From Escherichia phage Lw1, in sequence record KC801932: a stretch of 64,000 nt of DNA, one strand, 5' to 3'. The notes beneath the pieces are model-generated. The model was not told the DNA's origin and made no database searches. It saw only the letters and a program-made list of their open reading frames with translations. This document shows, piece by piece, positions 48,786 to 58,150 of the stretch. Numbering within the stretch: the stretch's first letter is position 1; each line of letters opens with the position of its first letter. The translations under genes were made by a program, and so were the position numbers.

Positions 48786-49126
48786 TTATGAAAATCGTTC
48801 AGCGTAATATCAGCGAAGTTAGCCAGGAAGAAAAAGTTCAGATTCATTTCAAATTTAATGATCTGAAACGTGGTTATGCAGAAATTGCCCGTGTTCATGG
48901 GCTGGACAATGGGGATATTTATATGATTGTCCAAGAAATTGAGCGAATTCGTGCTTTCCGTGCGGAGAACCCGAAAGTAAAACGCGTTCTGCGTCGTGTA
49001 TATGTCAACAAACACCGCAAAGCGGCGAAACAAGTTAAAACCAAACGCGAACCGCGTCCAGATAACAAACGTAAAGCAATCAACGGTGCTATGGCGCTGG
49101 CTTTCCAGGAAGCGGGTTTAGTGTAA
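48782..49126 (+). CDS. hypothetical basic protein (114 aa)
   Basis: ORF track; K/R-rich C-terminus. Confidence 0.5.
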   Translation: MIMKIVQRNISEVSQEEKVQIHFKFNDLKRGYAEIARVHGLDNGDIYMIVQEIERIRAFRAENPKVKRVLRRVYVNKHRKAAKQVKTKREPRPDNKRKAINGAMALAFQEAGLV

Positions 49127-49135
49127 GGGGCTGAC

Positions 49136-49666
49136 ATGAGTCGTAGACAAAATATGGAACGTTGGACTGGTGTTGTAACCAGCAGTGTTAAACCAGTTAC
49201 CGCTGTAGTGAAAGAAGTTGTTGAAGAAACTCCGGTTAAAACTCAGATGGTTATTTCTCTGAGTGATGAAGAGTTAGAGCATCGTCGCCGTGCGAATCAA
49301 ATTGAATTCGATCTGCGTATCGCTCGTTCATACAACAGCAAAAATGATGATGCTCGTAGCCGGAATCTGCAATTTGCTCTTACGTTGAGTGATTGGACCT
49401 CTTTAATGAGTCAACCAACTTGCTTGTATTCTGGGAAGGTGTTTAGTTCTCGTGGAGATAGCCCGAATTCTCGAACGATGGAACGAATTAACCCGATGCT
49501 GGGTTACACTCCAGAAAATACGATCGCAGTGACAAAAGCCGCTAACAGTGAAAAATCATCACTTGATGCGTTTATGAAGGGTTCGGTAATCCTTCCAGAA
49601 GTAAAACTGAAACTGTTACGCAAAGCCGCGTATCAAATTGAAAAACAATTGAAAATCAAAGGTTAA
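49136..49666 (+). CDS. hypothetical protein with degenerate HNH-like C-terminal motif
   Basis: ERINPMLGYTPENTIAVTKAANSEKS resembles HNH_3-type motif lacking the canonical His pair. Confidence 0.4.
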   Translation: MSRRQNMERWTGVVTSSVKPVTAVVKEVVEETPVKTQMVISLSDEELEHRRRANQIEFDLRIARSYNSKNDDARSRNLQFALTLSDWTSLMSQPTCLYSGKVFSSRGDSPNSRTMERINPMLGYTPENTIAVTKAANSEKSSLDAFMKGSVILPEVKLKLLRKAAYQIEKQLKIKG

Positions 49667-49670
49667 TATT

Positions 49671-50717
49671 ATGTTTGTGAAATATTCTTCTCTTACTAAC
49701 CATTACGAAGGTAAGTTCATTAATGGCGTGATCATGAATGGCCTTACTGGTGGTGTGTGGTGTGCTCGTGAAAAGATACACGGTACAAACTTTAGTCTGA
49801 TTACTTCGGACGGTGAAAAAGTCATTCCAGCAAAACGTAGCGGTGAAATCCTTCCTACTGAACAGTTTTACGGTTGTGAACCTGTCGTTGCAAAATATTC
49901 TAATGCTGTGCGCGAGTTGTGGGAAACCCTCGCAAATACCTGTGAATATAAGGAATACGCTGATATCGGTTCTCTGGTTGTACAGGTATACGGCGAATTT
50001 GCGGGGCGTGGTGTTCAAAAAGATGTTGATTACGGAGAAAAAGATTTCTATGTATTCGATATCCGTGTGAATGATAAATTTTTACCAGATAACATTGTTG
50101 CATCGGCTGCTGTTTGTGTTGGTTTGAAAATGGCTCCATTGCTGGCATATGGTACGTTTGAAGAGATCCGCGAACTGCCTATCACGTTTGATTCTGTTGT
50201 CAACCTGGCTAATTCCGGCGCAATTGTTGCGCAAAATGGCGTTGAACCTGCGTTCAAAAACTTCATGACTCTGAAAGATGGTGAAGGTGAAAACATCGCG
50301 GAAGGTTTCGTGATGAAGCCCGTCGAACCTGCTTTCATGCCGAACGGTGAACGCGTTGCGATCAAATGCAAAACGACGAAGTTCACAGAGAAGAAGAACA
50401 AGCAAGCGAACCGCTTCAATGCTCCTGTTGAACTGTCTGAAAATGATAAAGTTAAACTGGATGTGTTTACCTGTTACCTGAACGAAAACCGCGTGAAAAA
50501 TGTTTTGTCTAAAATTGACAGCGCAAATCTCACTGCAAAAGATTTCGGTCGCGTAATGGGCCTGACGGTACAGGATGCGCTGGAAGAAATCGAACGTAAT
50601 TATGGCCCGTTCCTGGAACAGTTCGAGAATCCAACGCTGGCGAAGAAAACCTTCACTAACGAAGCGTCAAATCTGGTTCGTGAGAACTGGGGCGCAATCC
50701 TGAACAATGAATTTTAA
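49671..50717 (+). CDS. rnlB: RNA ligase 2 (RnlB)
   Basis: MFVKYSSLTNHY..., REKIHGTNFSL (ligase KxHG-type motif I), GEFAG.GVQK, RVAIKCK, GRVMGLTVQD closely parallel T4 Rnl2. Confidence 0.9.
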   Translation: MFVKYSSLTNHYEGKFINGVIMNGLTGGVWCAREKIHGTNFSLITSDGEKVIPAKRSGEILPTEQFYGCEPVVAKYSNAVRELWETLANTCEYKEYADIGSLVVQVYGEFAGRGVQKDVDYGEKDFYVFDIRVNDKFLPDNIVASAAVCVGLKMAPLLAYGTFEEIRELPITFDSVVNLANSGAIVAQNGVEPAFKNFMTLKDGEGENIAEGFVMKPVEPAFMPNGERVAIKCKTTKFTEKKNKQANRFNAPVELSENDKVKLDVFTCYLNENRVKNVLSKIDSANLTAKDFGRVMGLTVQDALEEIERNYGPFLEQFENPTLAKKTFTNEASNLVRENWGAILNNEF

Positions 50718-51291
50718 AACGGTTCTGGACAACGCGAAGACGGCTACCCTGATCGGTAGCCGTGAACCCCCCGAACGTATCGCAAACCTCGCAATCAAGA
50801 TCGGACGCGCTTTAAGTGATCGGGAAATATTCGCTTACTCTGGTGGTGCTCCAGGAATGGATAGTCATTTTTTATTTGATTACTCACCAGAAAGACGGCG
50901 TATAATTCTTCCTGAGAACGGTTTTAACGGGTTGTACTCAAATGGTAAGGATATCATCGACTATACAGAATACGACACGTACAAAGCCGCTGACGAAGCG
51001 AGAAAGGTAGCTGGACACTTCGACAACCAAAACGAATGGACACAGCGCCGATATGCTCGAAATTCCATGCAGGTGCTAACCGAACATCTGGATACGCCTA
51101 CGGATTTTGTGTTATTCTGGGCTGTTGAAAAAGAGTTTTGTGTGAAAGGCGGTACTGCGATCGCAGTAAGATTGGCCCGACTGTATGGCATACCCTGTTT
51201 CAATCTCTGGAATGAACGGGTATTAAATGAAGTTTGCGACACTTTGGGGATTAATACTAAACCTCCAACTTTGGATTTTCTCTGGTGCTAA
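50707..51291 (+). CDS. SLOG/DprA-like Rossmann-fold protein
   Basis: YSGGAPGMDSHF motif reminiscent of DprA/LOG-type nucleotide-binding fold. Confidence 0.45.
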   Translation: MNFKTVLDNAKTATLIGSREPPERIANLAIKIGRALSDREIFAYSGGAPGMDSHFLFDYSPERRRIILPENGFNGLYSNGKDIIDYTEYDTYKAADEARKVAGHFDNQNEWTQRRYARNSMQVLTEHLDTPTDFVLFWAVEKEFCVKGGTAIAVRLARLYGIPCFNLWNERVLNEVCDTLGINTKPPTLDFLWC

Positions 51292-51357
51292 CTCCTGAAC
51301 AATCACGTAATTACGAACGCCTCGCAGTTGAAGAGGCATTAAAAAAGGCGGAATATA

Positions 51358-51786
51358 ATGGTAGAAATCAATGGGATCGGGGTAGTCGGTGTAACCCCCG
51401 CAAATCGCAGTCAAAAGGATGATCCGCGCTGTGGGCGTAGTCCAACACTGGCAGAACGTGCGCGTAAGCTGGTAGACGACATGAACGCGAAGATGGTCGA
51501 AGAGTCGCGGAACGATATCACGGCGTATGTTCTGAAATATGCGACAAAACAATCATATACATTTGATATGAAACGTTTTGTTGGTGCTAATTTAGGTCAA
51601 GAATGCACACAAAAAGCATACGATGATCTGGGTGAATGGCTGAAATCAGAAGGGTTGACTTTTGATACTATGGCGAACCGTCTGAATGCGTATTCGAATT
51701 ATCCGAGTGGAATCCGTTCTCGTCGTATTCAGACGAGTAATGATCGCGACGTGTACAGCGAATTCACTTACTTCATCACTTGGTAA
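51358..51786 (+). CDS. hypothetical protein (142 aa)
   Basis: ORF track. Confidence 0.5.
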   Translation: MVEINGIGVVGVTPANRSQKDDPRCGRSPTLAERARKLVDDMNAKMVEESRNDITAYVLKYATKQSYTFDMKRFVGANLGQECTQKAYDDLGEWLKSEGLTFDTMANRLNAYSNYPSGIRSRRIQTSNDRDVYSEFTYFITW

Positions 51787-51805
51787 AAATAATTCGAAAT
51801 AGTTG

Positions 51806-51833
51806 TTGACGGGAGTTGTGAGTGTGGTAATAT
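51806..51833 (+). promoter_or_regulatory. sigma70-type promoter (TTGACG - 16 nt - TAATAT, TG at -14) embedded in inverted repeat acgggag/ctcccgt
   Basis: Upstream of ORF 51874; stem arms at 51809-51815 and 51837-51843. Confidence 0.45.
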
Positions 51834-51873
51834 AGCTCCCGTAGATAAGACACTAACCCAAAAGGAAAACATC

Positions 51874-52143
51874 ATGGAAATCAGATTAATCCCTACTTGC
51901 GCTGGTTACTGCTTGGCCCTGAACGGCGTAGCAAACAACGGCAAAGGCTTACGGGCTAACGTTGAAGCAATGCTGAACGAATTAGCGTTGCGGAGTGAAC
52001 CAGGGATGCAGTATGAGTATGATGACGTTGCAACCAGCGTTAAAATCTCTAATTTGGTTTTGGACGGTGTTGACTGTGCGGGTTGGTGGGACTGTTACAT
52101 CGACTACACTGACAACCGGGTTTTCTTATTGACCAGCAATTAA
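51874..52143 (+). CDS. hypothetical protein (89 aa)
   Basis: ORF track. Confidence 0.5.
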   Translation: MEIRLIPTCAGYCLALNGVANNGKGLRANVEAMLNELALRSEPGMQYEYDDVATSVKISNLVLDGVDCAGWWDCYIDYTDNRVFLLTSN

Positions 52144-52151
52144 GGAATATC

Positions 52152-52565
52152 ATGAAAGATTATATTTCAGAAGCTGAGGCTCTTGAACAAAGCGGTTATT
52201 GTGTCAACGTCGAAGATGAAGACGAAGATGACGGCTATGATGGTGGTGTTATGTGGGGGCTTAAACGTCCTCAACGCAAAACCCCAGTTCAGTATTCCGA
52301 TGGTTCGGTAAGATACGAAACGGTTGTCAAAGAAGTAAACGGGCGTGTCATTACGTCCGAGCGACAGAAGGACATCAAACAGTTGTATGATGTTGCGAAA
52401 GCCGCTAAAGTGGGAACCATGATTGTTTGCCCTACGTGCAAAGAGTTGCACAATAAGACGACTTATCACAAGGTGTTCTGCTCTAATGGCAAAAAATCCA
52501 GGAAAGACTGTAAGAGTAAATACTGGAACACGATCCATCCAGAACGGTTAGATCGTATCTTTTAA
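52152..52565 (+). CDS. hypothetical protein with C-terminal Cys cluster (137 aa)
   Basis: ORF track; CPTCKELH...C..G. Confidence 0.5.
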   Translation: MKDYISEAEALEQSGYCVNVEDEDEDDGYDGGVMWGLKRPQRKTPVQYSDGSVRYETVVKEVNGRVITSERQKDIKQLYDVAKAAKVGTMIVCPTCKELHNKTTYHKVFCSNGKKSRKDCKSKYWNTIHPERLDRIF

Positions 52566-52588
52566 ATCAAAACGTGGAGTACGTTTAA

Positions 52589-54022
52589 ATGCAAAAATTT
52601 ACTGAACTGAATAGCCTGATCACCTCAACTGATTCCTACAAAGTGTCTCACTGGATGCAGTATCCACAAGGCACTGATGCAACGATGTTCTATATCGAAT
52701 CTCGTGGTGGTAAATTTGATGAAGTCGTAACTGCTGGCGTTAACTACGTTGCGCGGGTACTGGCTGAACCTGTTACCATGAAACAAGTTGAGTTGGCGCG
52801 GGTGCTTTACCGTAAGCACTTCGGGAAAGAAATTTTCAACTATGAAGGATGGAAAGAGATCGCAGAACTGGGTTACACCCCTGTGATTTTCCGTTCTATT
52901 CCAGAAGGTACAGTTGTTCCGGTTAAAAACGCCGTTGCGACCGTGTTCTCTGAGAATCAATTCTCCTGGTTGGCTGGTTGGTTGGAAACAATGACGATTC
53001 GCGGTATCTGGTATCCGTCATCTGTTGCGACTCTATCCCGTGAGTGTAAAAAGGTTCTGGCTCAGTACCTGAATATGACTTCTGACCTGACTGGCGAAGC
53101 ATATAATGTTACACTGGGTACACGTCTGCATGACTTTGGGGCGCGGGGCGCGACCTCTGCTGAGTCTGCGGGTATTGGTGGGCTGGCGCACCTTTACAAC
53201 TTCGTTGGAACTGATACCGTCGAAGGGATGATTATGGCAATCAGCCTGTTTGCGGATCATCAGACTCTGTTTGATGAACTGGAAAATGTCGAAGCCGCTG
53301 GCATTTCGATTCCTGCTCGCGAACACTCAACGACGATTTCCTACGGTAAAGAAAACGAAGAAGACGCATACAAAAACAGCATCAAAATGTTCGGTACTGG
53401 GTTCTACGCTTGTGTGTATGACTCATGGGACTATAAAGCCGCTGTTGATCGCATTGCTGAGTATAAAGAGAAAATCATTGCTGCGGGTGGTACTCTGGTA
53501 GTTCGTCCAGATTCAGGGGATATGATCGATAACATCATGTATACCCTTCGTAAATTGGCGCAAATTTTCGGATACACCGTAAACAGCAAAGGTTATAAAG
53601 TTCTGCATAACGCAGTTCGTATCATCCAGGGCGACGAGATCCACGGGCCTGAGACAATCAACCGTGTGTTAAGCTGGATGGAAGCGAACAAGTGGTCAAG
53701 CGAGAATATCGCGTTTGGTATGGGTGGAGGTTTGCTGCAAGAAGTTACCCGCGATACTCAAAAGTATGCCGAAAAGCTGTGCGCTATCCGTGTGAATGGT
53801 AAGTGGACAGGCGTTTACAAATGTCCGAAAGGTTCTGAGTGGAAAAAGAGTAAAAAAGGTTTGCTGATGACCATCACTAACGGTATGGAATTCAAGACCA
53901 TTGATATTCTGGAAGACTCAATTCCTGACGGTTGGTTCGATGCGATGGTGACTTATTACGATAATGGTTACTTGAACACCGACGACACTTTAGGGGAAAT
54001 TCGTGAGCGTAGCCGGATTTAA
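52589..54022 (+). CDS. nadV: nicotinamide phosphoribosyltransferase (NAMPT/NadV family)
   Basis: 477 aa; N-terminal TDSYKVSHW motif and overall length typical of NAMPT; GGAG SD. Confidence 0.8.
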   Translation: MQKFTELNSLITSTDSYKVSHWMQYPQGTDATMFYIESRGGKFDEVVTAGVNYVARVLAEPVTMKQVELARVLYRKHFGKEIFNYEGWKEIAELGYTPVIFRSIPEGTVVPVKNAVATVFSENQFSWLAGWLETMTIRGIWYPSSVATLSRECKKVLAQYLNMTSDLTGEAYNVTLGTRLHDFGARGATSAESAGIGGLAHLYNFVGTDTVEGMIMAISLFADHQTLFDELENVEAAGISIPAREHSTTISYGKENEEDAYKNSIKMFGTGFYACVYDSWDYKAAVDRIAEYKEKIIAAGGTLVVRPDSGDMIDNIMYTLRKLAQIFGYTVNSKGYKVLHNAVRIIQGDEIHGPETINRVLSWMEANKWSSENIAFGMGGGLLQEVTRDTQKYAEKLCAIRVNGKWTGVYKCPKGSEWKKSKKGLLMTITNGMEFKTIDILEDSIPDGWFDAMVTYYDNGYLNTDDTLGEIRERSRI

Positions 54023-54311
54023 TATCCGCGCCAACGATAACGGATCTGTAATCTTCTATAACAATCAGCCCCTTGTTGCTCGCAAGGGGTTTTTTTGTAA
54101 GCTGGTTGGTTACGGGTTCAAGTTGGAGGAAGTGGATAATTCAACTCTGAAAGAGATAGTGCGAATAGCCTATCTCCTGAAAGACAAAAAAGATGAACAT
54201 AAAGCGGTTGCAATGTTGGAGAAATTAGGCGAAACTCATTGCTTCATTATCAATCGTGGGTACAAATATGACACGATCGCTTTATTCGAAAAGGGGCTTT
54301 GTGAATTATGA
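54003..54311 (+). CDS. hypothetical ORF, start uncertain
   Basis: ORF track; 5' part contains the terminator hairpin so real start, if any, is probably further downstream. Confidence 0.25.
   Translation: MSVAGFNIRANDNGSVIFYNNQPLVARKGFFCKLVGYGFKLEEVDNSTLKEIVRIAYLLKDKKDEHKAVAMLEKLGETHCFIINRGYKYDTIALFEKGLCEL
54067..54097 (+). terminator. rho-independent terminator after NAMPT
   Basis: agcccctt...aaggggt hairpin + ttttttt. Confidence 0.65.
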
Positions 54312-55159
54312 ATTATTTGGGTGTGATTCCCTATACGGGCAACAAGCAGAATTTATTGCCTAAGTTGTTTGAACTCTTTCCAGATCGCAGACATTATCAT
54401 CGATTCGTTGATTGTTTTTGTGGTGGATTGAGTGTGTCGCTAAACGTCCCCAAACCCGTTCTAAGCAACGATTACGATAAGACACTGATTGATGTGTATA
54501 AGATGCTTAAACGCGCTCCTGATCTCTCTGAGGTGCGAGAATTGATTGCTAAGAAGGGACTGAACAAAGAAAACAAGGAAGCGTATCTGGCTTTTCGTGA
54601 AGAATACAACCAGCATCGTGATCCGTTGTGGCTATACGTTCTGATCCTTCATTCGTTCAGCAATGTCAACCGCACCAATGAGAAAGGGGAGTTTAACGCG
54701 CATTTCGGATACCGGACGATAAACACATCGACCGTGAAGAGGTTCGAACACTTCAAAAATAACGTGGCTGGAATTGAGTTTCGTTCTGGTTCATACTCTG
54801 ATATTGAAATCAACGATAACGATTTTGTTTATTGCGATCCTCCGTACCTGATAACCGATGCGGTGTATAATAAATTCTGGAACGCAGATCGCGAACGCGA
54901 GTTATATGCTTTCCTTGACTCCCTGCATGAGCGGGGCATTTGGTTTGGTTTGTCTAACGTGACGCACCATGCCGGAAAACAAAACGATATCCTGATTGAA
55001 TGGATGAAGAAATACACCGTTCATAACCTGGATAAAAAGTATCTGTTAGGGCAACACACAGAATCCTATGAGCAAAACAAAACACAGGAGGTGTACGTGT
55101 GCAACTACCAGAAACGAGAAGTAAATACATTCCCACAAACACTAGATGATTTAATGTAG
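54308..55159 (+). CDS. dam: DNA adenine methyltransferase (Dam)
   Basis: DPPY motif (CDPPYL), N-terminal SAM-binding region, size as phage Dam. Confidence 0.85.
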   Translation: MNYLGVIPYTGNKQNLLPKLFELFPDRRHYHRFVDCFCGGLSVSLNVPKPVLSNDYDKTLIDVYKMLKRAPDLSEVRELIAKKGLNKENKEAYLAFREEYNQHRDPLWLYVLILHSFSNVNRTNEKGEFNAHFGYRTINTSTVKRFEHFKNNVAGIEFRSGSYSDIEINDNDFVYCDPPYLITDAVYNKFWNADRERELYAFLDSLHERGIWFGLSNVTHHAGKQNDILIEWMKKYTVHNLDKKYLLGQHTESYEQNKTQEVYVCNYQKREVNTFPQTLDDLM

Positions 55160-55165
55160 GTTAAC

Positions 55166-55438
55166 ATGTTTAAAATTTATGGCTATATCCCTTCCGTATA
55201 CAATTGCGCTCCGTGCCTGAACTCGAAACGACTGCTGGACGCAAAGAAACATGAATATGAATTCGTATCTGTTGCTGATTCCAAAGGCGAAGACGGCAAA
55301 CCGATCCTGAATGAAAAAGTGATTGACGAACTCGAAGGTCTTTTGGGTACTCGCAAAATGACCATGCCTCAGATTTTCCACGATGGGAAACACATTGGCG
55401 GGTTCGACCAACTTCGTGAGTATGTCCGCACCCTGTGA
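55166..55438 (+). CDS. nrdC: glutaredoxin/thioredoxin NrdC
   Basis: MFKIYGY...CAPC...TMPQIF..G.HIGGFDQLREY pattern as T4 NrdC. Confidence 0.85.
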   Translation: MFKIYGYIPSVYNCAPCLNSKRLLDAKKHEYEFVSVADSKGEDGKPILNEKVIDELEGLLGTRKMTMPQIFHDGKHIGGFDQLREYVRTL

Positions 55439-55470
55439 TAAATAATGACACCTTACTGAATGGTGTTATT

Positions 55471-55953
55471 ATGCTGACGAAACGAATTACCAAAAAAGAT
55501 TACCCAACAATCAAGCAAGCTCTCTTTGACAAACAAGGGGGCTGCTGTGCTCTCTGTAAACGTCCTCTTGAGGGTGATATAGAGAAACATCACCTTGACC
55601 ATGACCATGCTTTAGACGGCGAAAACGCCGGACGTGTGCGCGGGCTTCTGTGTAACCTATGCAACGGTACAGAAGGTATTGTAAAGCACAAATTCAATCG
55701 ATCCGGTCTGGTTTCCCGTGATGTTTATTACATCGCCTGGTTAGAGAATCTGCTTGCATATCTCAAGCAAGACTATTCCGAAAACCGTATTCATGACAAA
55801 TTCATACCAGATAAGGTAAAATGGTTTTCAAGACTTACCAAACCTGATATGATTGCCGAAATGGTTTCTATGGGCTTCGAGTACGCCGACAAAGACGAAC
55901 GCAAAGCCTTAACCGCAAAATATAGAAAGCAATTAATGAAGGCAACCAAATGA
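55471..55953 (+). CDS. 49: recombination endonuclease VII (gp49)
   Basis: CCALCKR...HLDHDH..G..AG.VRGLLCNLCN..EG..KHKFNRSGL...Y..WLENLL.YLK.DY pattern as T4 endo VII; start set to ATG 55471. Confidence 0.9.
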   Translation: MLTKRITKKDYPTIKQALFDKQGGCCALCKRPLEGDIEKHHLDHDHALDGENAGRVRGLLCNLCNGTEGIVKHKFNRSGLVSRDVYYIAWLENLLAYLKQDYSENRIHDKFIPDKVKWFSRLTKPDMIAEMVSMGFEYADKDERKALTAKYRKQLMKATK

Positions 55954-58079
55954 AAGTAGAAAAGCGCGACAATACAATTGTCGATTTCGACAAAGAAAAA
56001 ATCCGTAATGCAGTGTATAAAGCTGGAGGAACATCAGACGATGCTGATGCGGCTGTAGAATCTGCTATCGGTTCGTATCACCTGGATGGTAAACCAAACA
56101 CAATTGCACGTATTCAAAGTGCTGTTGAAGAATCCTTGATGAAAACGAACCCAGCGGTCGCCCGTTCATACATTGAGTATCGCCACGATCGCGACATTGC
56201 CCGTGAACAGAAAAGCAAGCTGTTCTCTGATATCTCCGGCATGGTGAACCTGTCCAACAAAGAGATCACCAACGAGAACGCGAACAAAGATGCAAGGGTA
56301 TTCCCGACACAGCGCGATTTGCTGGCGGGTATCGTAGCGAAGCATTTCGCCCGTAATCATATCCTCCCGAAACATATCGTAGAAGCGCATGATTCCGGTG
56401 ACATCCACTATCACGATCTGGACTATAGCCCGTTCACCCCTTACACTAACTGCTGTCTGGTTGACCTGAAAGGTATGCTGGAGAACGGTTTTAAAATGGG
56501 TAACGCGGACATTGAACCGCCTAAATCGATCGGTGTTGCTACCGCTCTCATGGCGCAGATCACCGCACAGATTGCCTCTCACCAGTACGGCGGGACAACC
56601 TTTGCGAACGTGGATAAAGTGCTGGCTCCATACGTCGAAATGACATTCTTCAAACATCTGCACGATGCTGAACATTACGGTATCGAACACTATAATGATT
56701 ATGTGTATGCGATTGAAAAGACTGAAAAAGATGTGTATGATGCGTTCCAGTCCTATGAGTATGAAGTAAACACCCTACATACTGCCAACGGACAAACCCC
56801 GTTTGTTACCATCACTTTCGGTACTGGTACGAGCGATTATGAACGCATGATCCAGAAAGCGATCCTGAAAAACCGTATTCGCGGCCTTGGTAAAGAGGGT
56901 ATTACTCCGGTATTCCCGAAACTGGTTATGTTCATGGAAAAAGGAATTAACCTTGATCCAGAGGATCAAAACTATGACATCAAACAACTTGCCCTGGAAT
57001 GTGCTTCGAAACGCATGTACCCAGATATCATTAGCGCATCTAATAACCGCCGTATCACTGGTTCTAGCGTTCCTGTATCTCCTATGGGTTGTCGCAGTTT
57101 CCTTAGCGTGTGGCATGATGATAACGGTAATGAAATTCTGGATGGACGTAATAACCTTGGTGTGGTGACAATCAACCTCCCGCGCATTGCGATCGAAGCT
57201 GAAGCACAGGAAGATGAAGACGCACACGACGCATTCTGGCGCATCCTTGATGAACGTCTGGATCTGTGCTTTGAAGCCCTGATGACTCGTATCGAAAGCC
57301 TACGCGGTGTTAAAGCCAGTGTTGCGCCGATCCTGTACACAGAAGGTGCTTTTGGTGTCCGACTGAAACCGGATGATGAAATTCTGGAACTGTTCAAAAA
57401 TGGGCGTAGCTCTATCAGCCTTGGTTATATCGGACTACATGAAACACTGTTGATGTTCGGATCTGGACAACACCCATTCGATCGGGTTGGCTCCCAGAAT
57501 TTCGGTAAACATGTTCTGGAACACCTGAAAAACAAAACCGAACGTTGGAAAGCCCAAACAGGCTTTGGATTCAGCCTGTATTCAACCCCTGCTGAATCTC
57601 TCTGTCACCGTTTCTGCAAACTTGATTATCAGAAGTTCGGAAGCATCAAAGGGATCACTGATAAGGGTTGGTATACAAACAGTTTCCATCTTGACGTTGA
57701 CCGCAAGGTAACACCGTTCGAGAAAATCGACTATGAAGCCGATTATCATTACATTGCGACTGCTGGACATATCAGCTATGTAGAATTTCCTGATATGAAA
57801 AACAACCTGGAAGCACTTGAAAAAGTCTGGGATTACGCGATGGAAAAACTGGACTACTTCGGAACTAACCTTCCGGTCGATAAGTGCTTTGTATGTGGCT
57901 CTGATGACGAGTTCACGCCTACAGAAGACGGTTTCCACTGTAAGCACTGCGGTAATCACGATCCGGCTAAAATGAGCGTCACGCGCCGTACATGCGGTTA
58001 TTTGGGTGCTCCTGCTGTTCGTGGATTCAACGAAGGTAAGAACAAAGAAATGATGCACCGAACTAAGCATCAAAATTAA
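55950..58079 (+). CDS. nrdD: anaerobic ribonucleoside-triphosphate reductase NrdD (no intron evident)
   Basis: 709 aa; C-terminal CxxC...CxxC zinc site and glycyl-radical-type C-terminus (RTCGYLG). Confidence 0.95.
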   Translation: MKVEKRDNTIVDFDKEKIRNAVYKAGGTSDDADAAVESAIGSYHLDGKPNTIARIQSAVEESLMKTNPAVARSYIEYRHDRDIAREQKSKLFSDISGMVNLSNKEITNENANKDARVFPTQRDLLAGIVAKHFARNHILPKHIVEAHDSGDIHYHDLDYSPFTPYTNCCLVDLKGMLENGFKMGNADIEPPKSIGVATALMAQITAQIASHQYGGTTFANVDKVLAPYVEMTFFKHLHDAEHYGIEHYNDYVYAIEKTEKDVYDAFQSYEYEVNTLHTANGQTPFVTITFGTGTSDYERMIQKAILKNRIRGLGKEGITPVFPKLVMFMEKGINLDPEDQNYDIKQLALECASKRMYPDIISASNNRRITGSSVPVSPMGCRSFLSVWHDDNGNEILDGRNNLGVVTINLPRIAIEAEAQEDEDAHDAFWRILDERLDLCFEALMTRIESLRGVKASVAPILYTEGAFGVRLKPDDEILELFKNGRSSISLGYIGLHETLLMFGSGQHPFDRVGSQNFGKHVLEHLKNKTERWKAQTGFGFSLYSTPAESLCHRFCKLDYQKFGSIKGITDKGWYTNSFHLDVDRKVTPFEKIDYEADYHYIATAGHISYVEFPDMKNNLEALEKVWDYAMEKLDYFGTNLPVDKCFVCGSDDEFTPTEDGFHCKHCGNHDPAKMSVTRRTCGYLGAPAVRGFNEGKNKEMMHRTKHQN

Positions 58080-58085
58080 TCAAAA

Positions 58086-58115
58086 AGCCCCTTGCGAAAG
58101 TGAGGGGCTTTTGTT
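58086..58115 (+). terminator. rho-independent terminator after nrdD
   Basis: gcccct...aggggc hairpin + ttttgtt. Confidence 0.7.
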
Positions 58116-58150
58116 ATATTGCACATACCTAAACTATGAGGTATTGAAAA

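Noticed and set aside
55950-58079. Group I intron in nrdD (as in T4)
   Set aside because: The nrdD reading frame is continuous over 709 codons with no interruption, so no intron is evident
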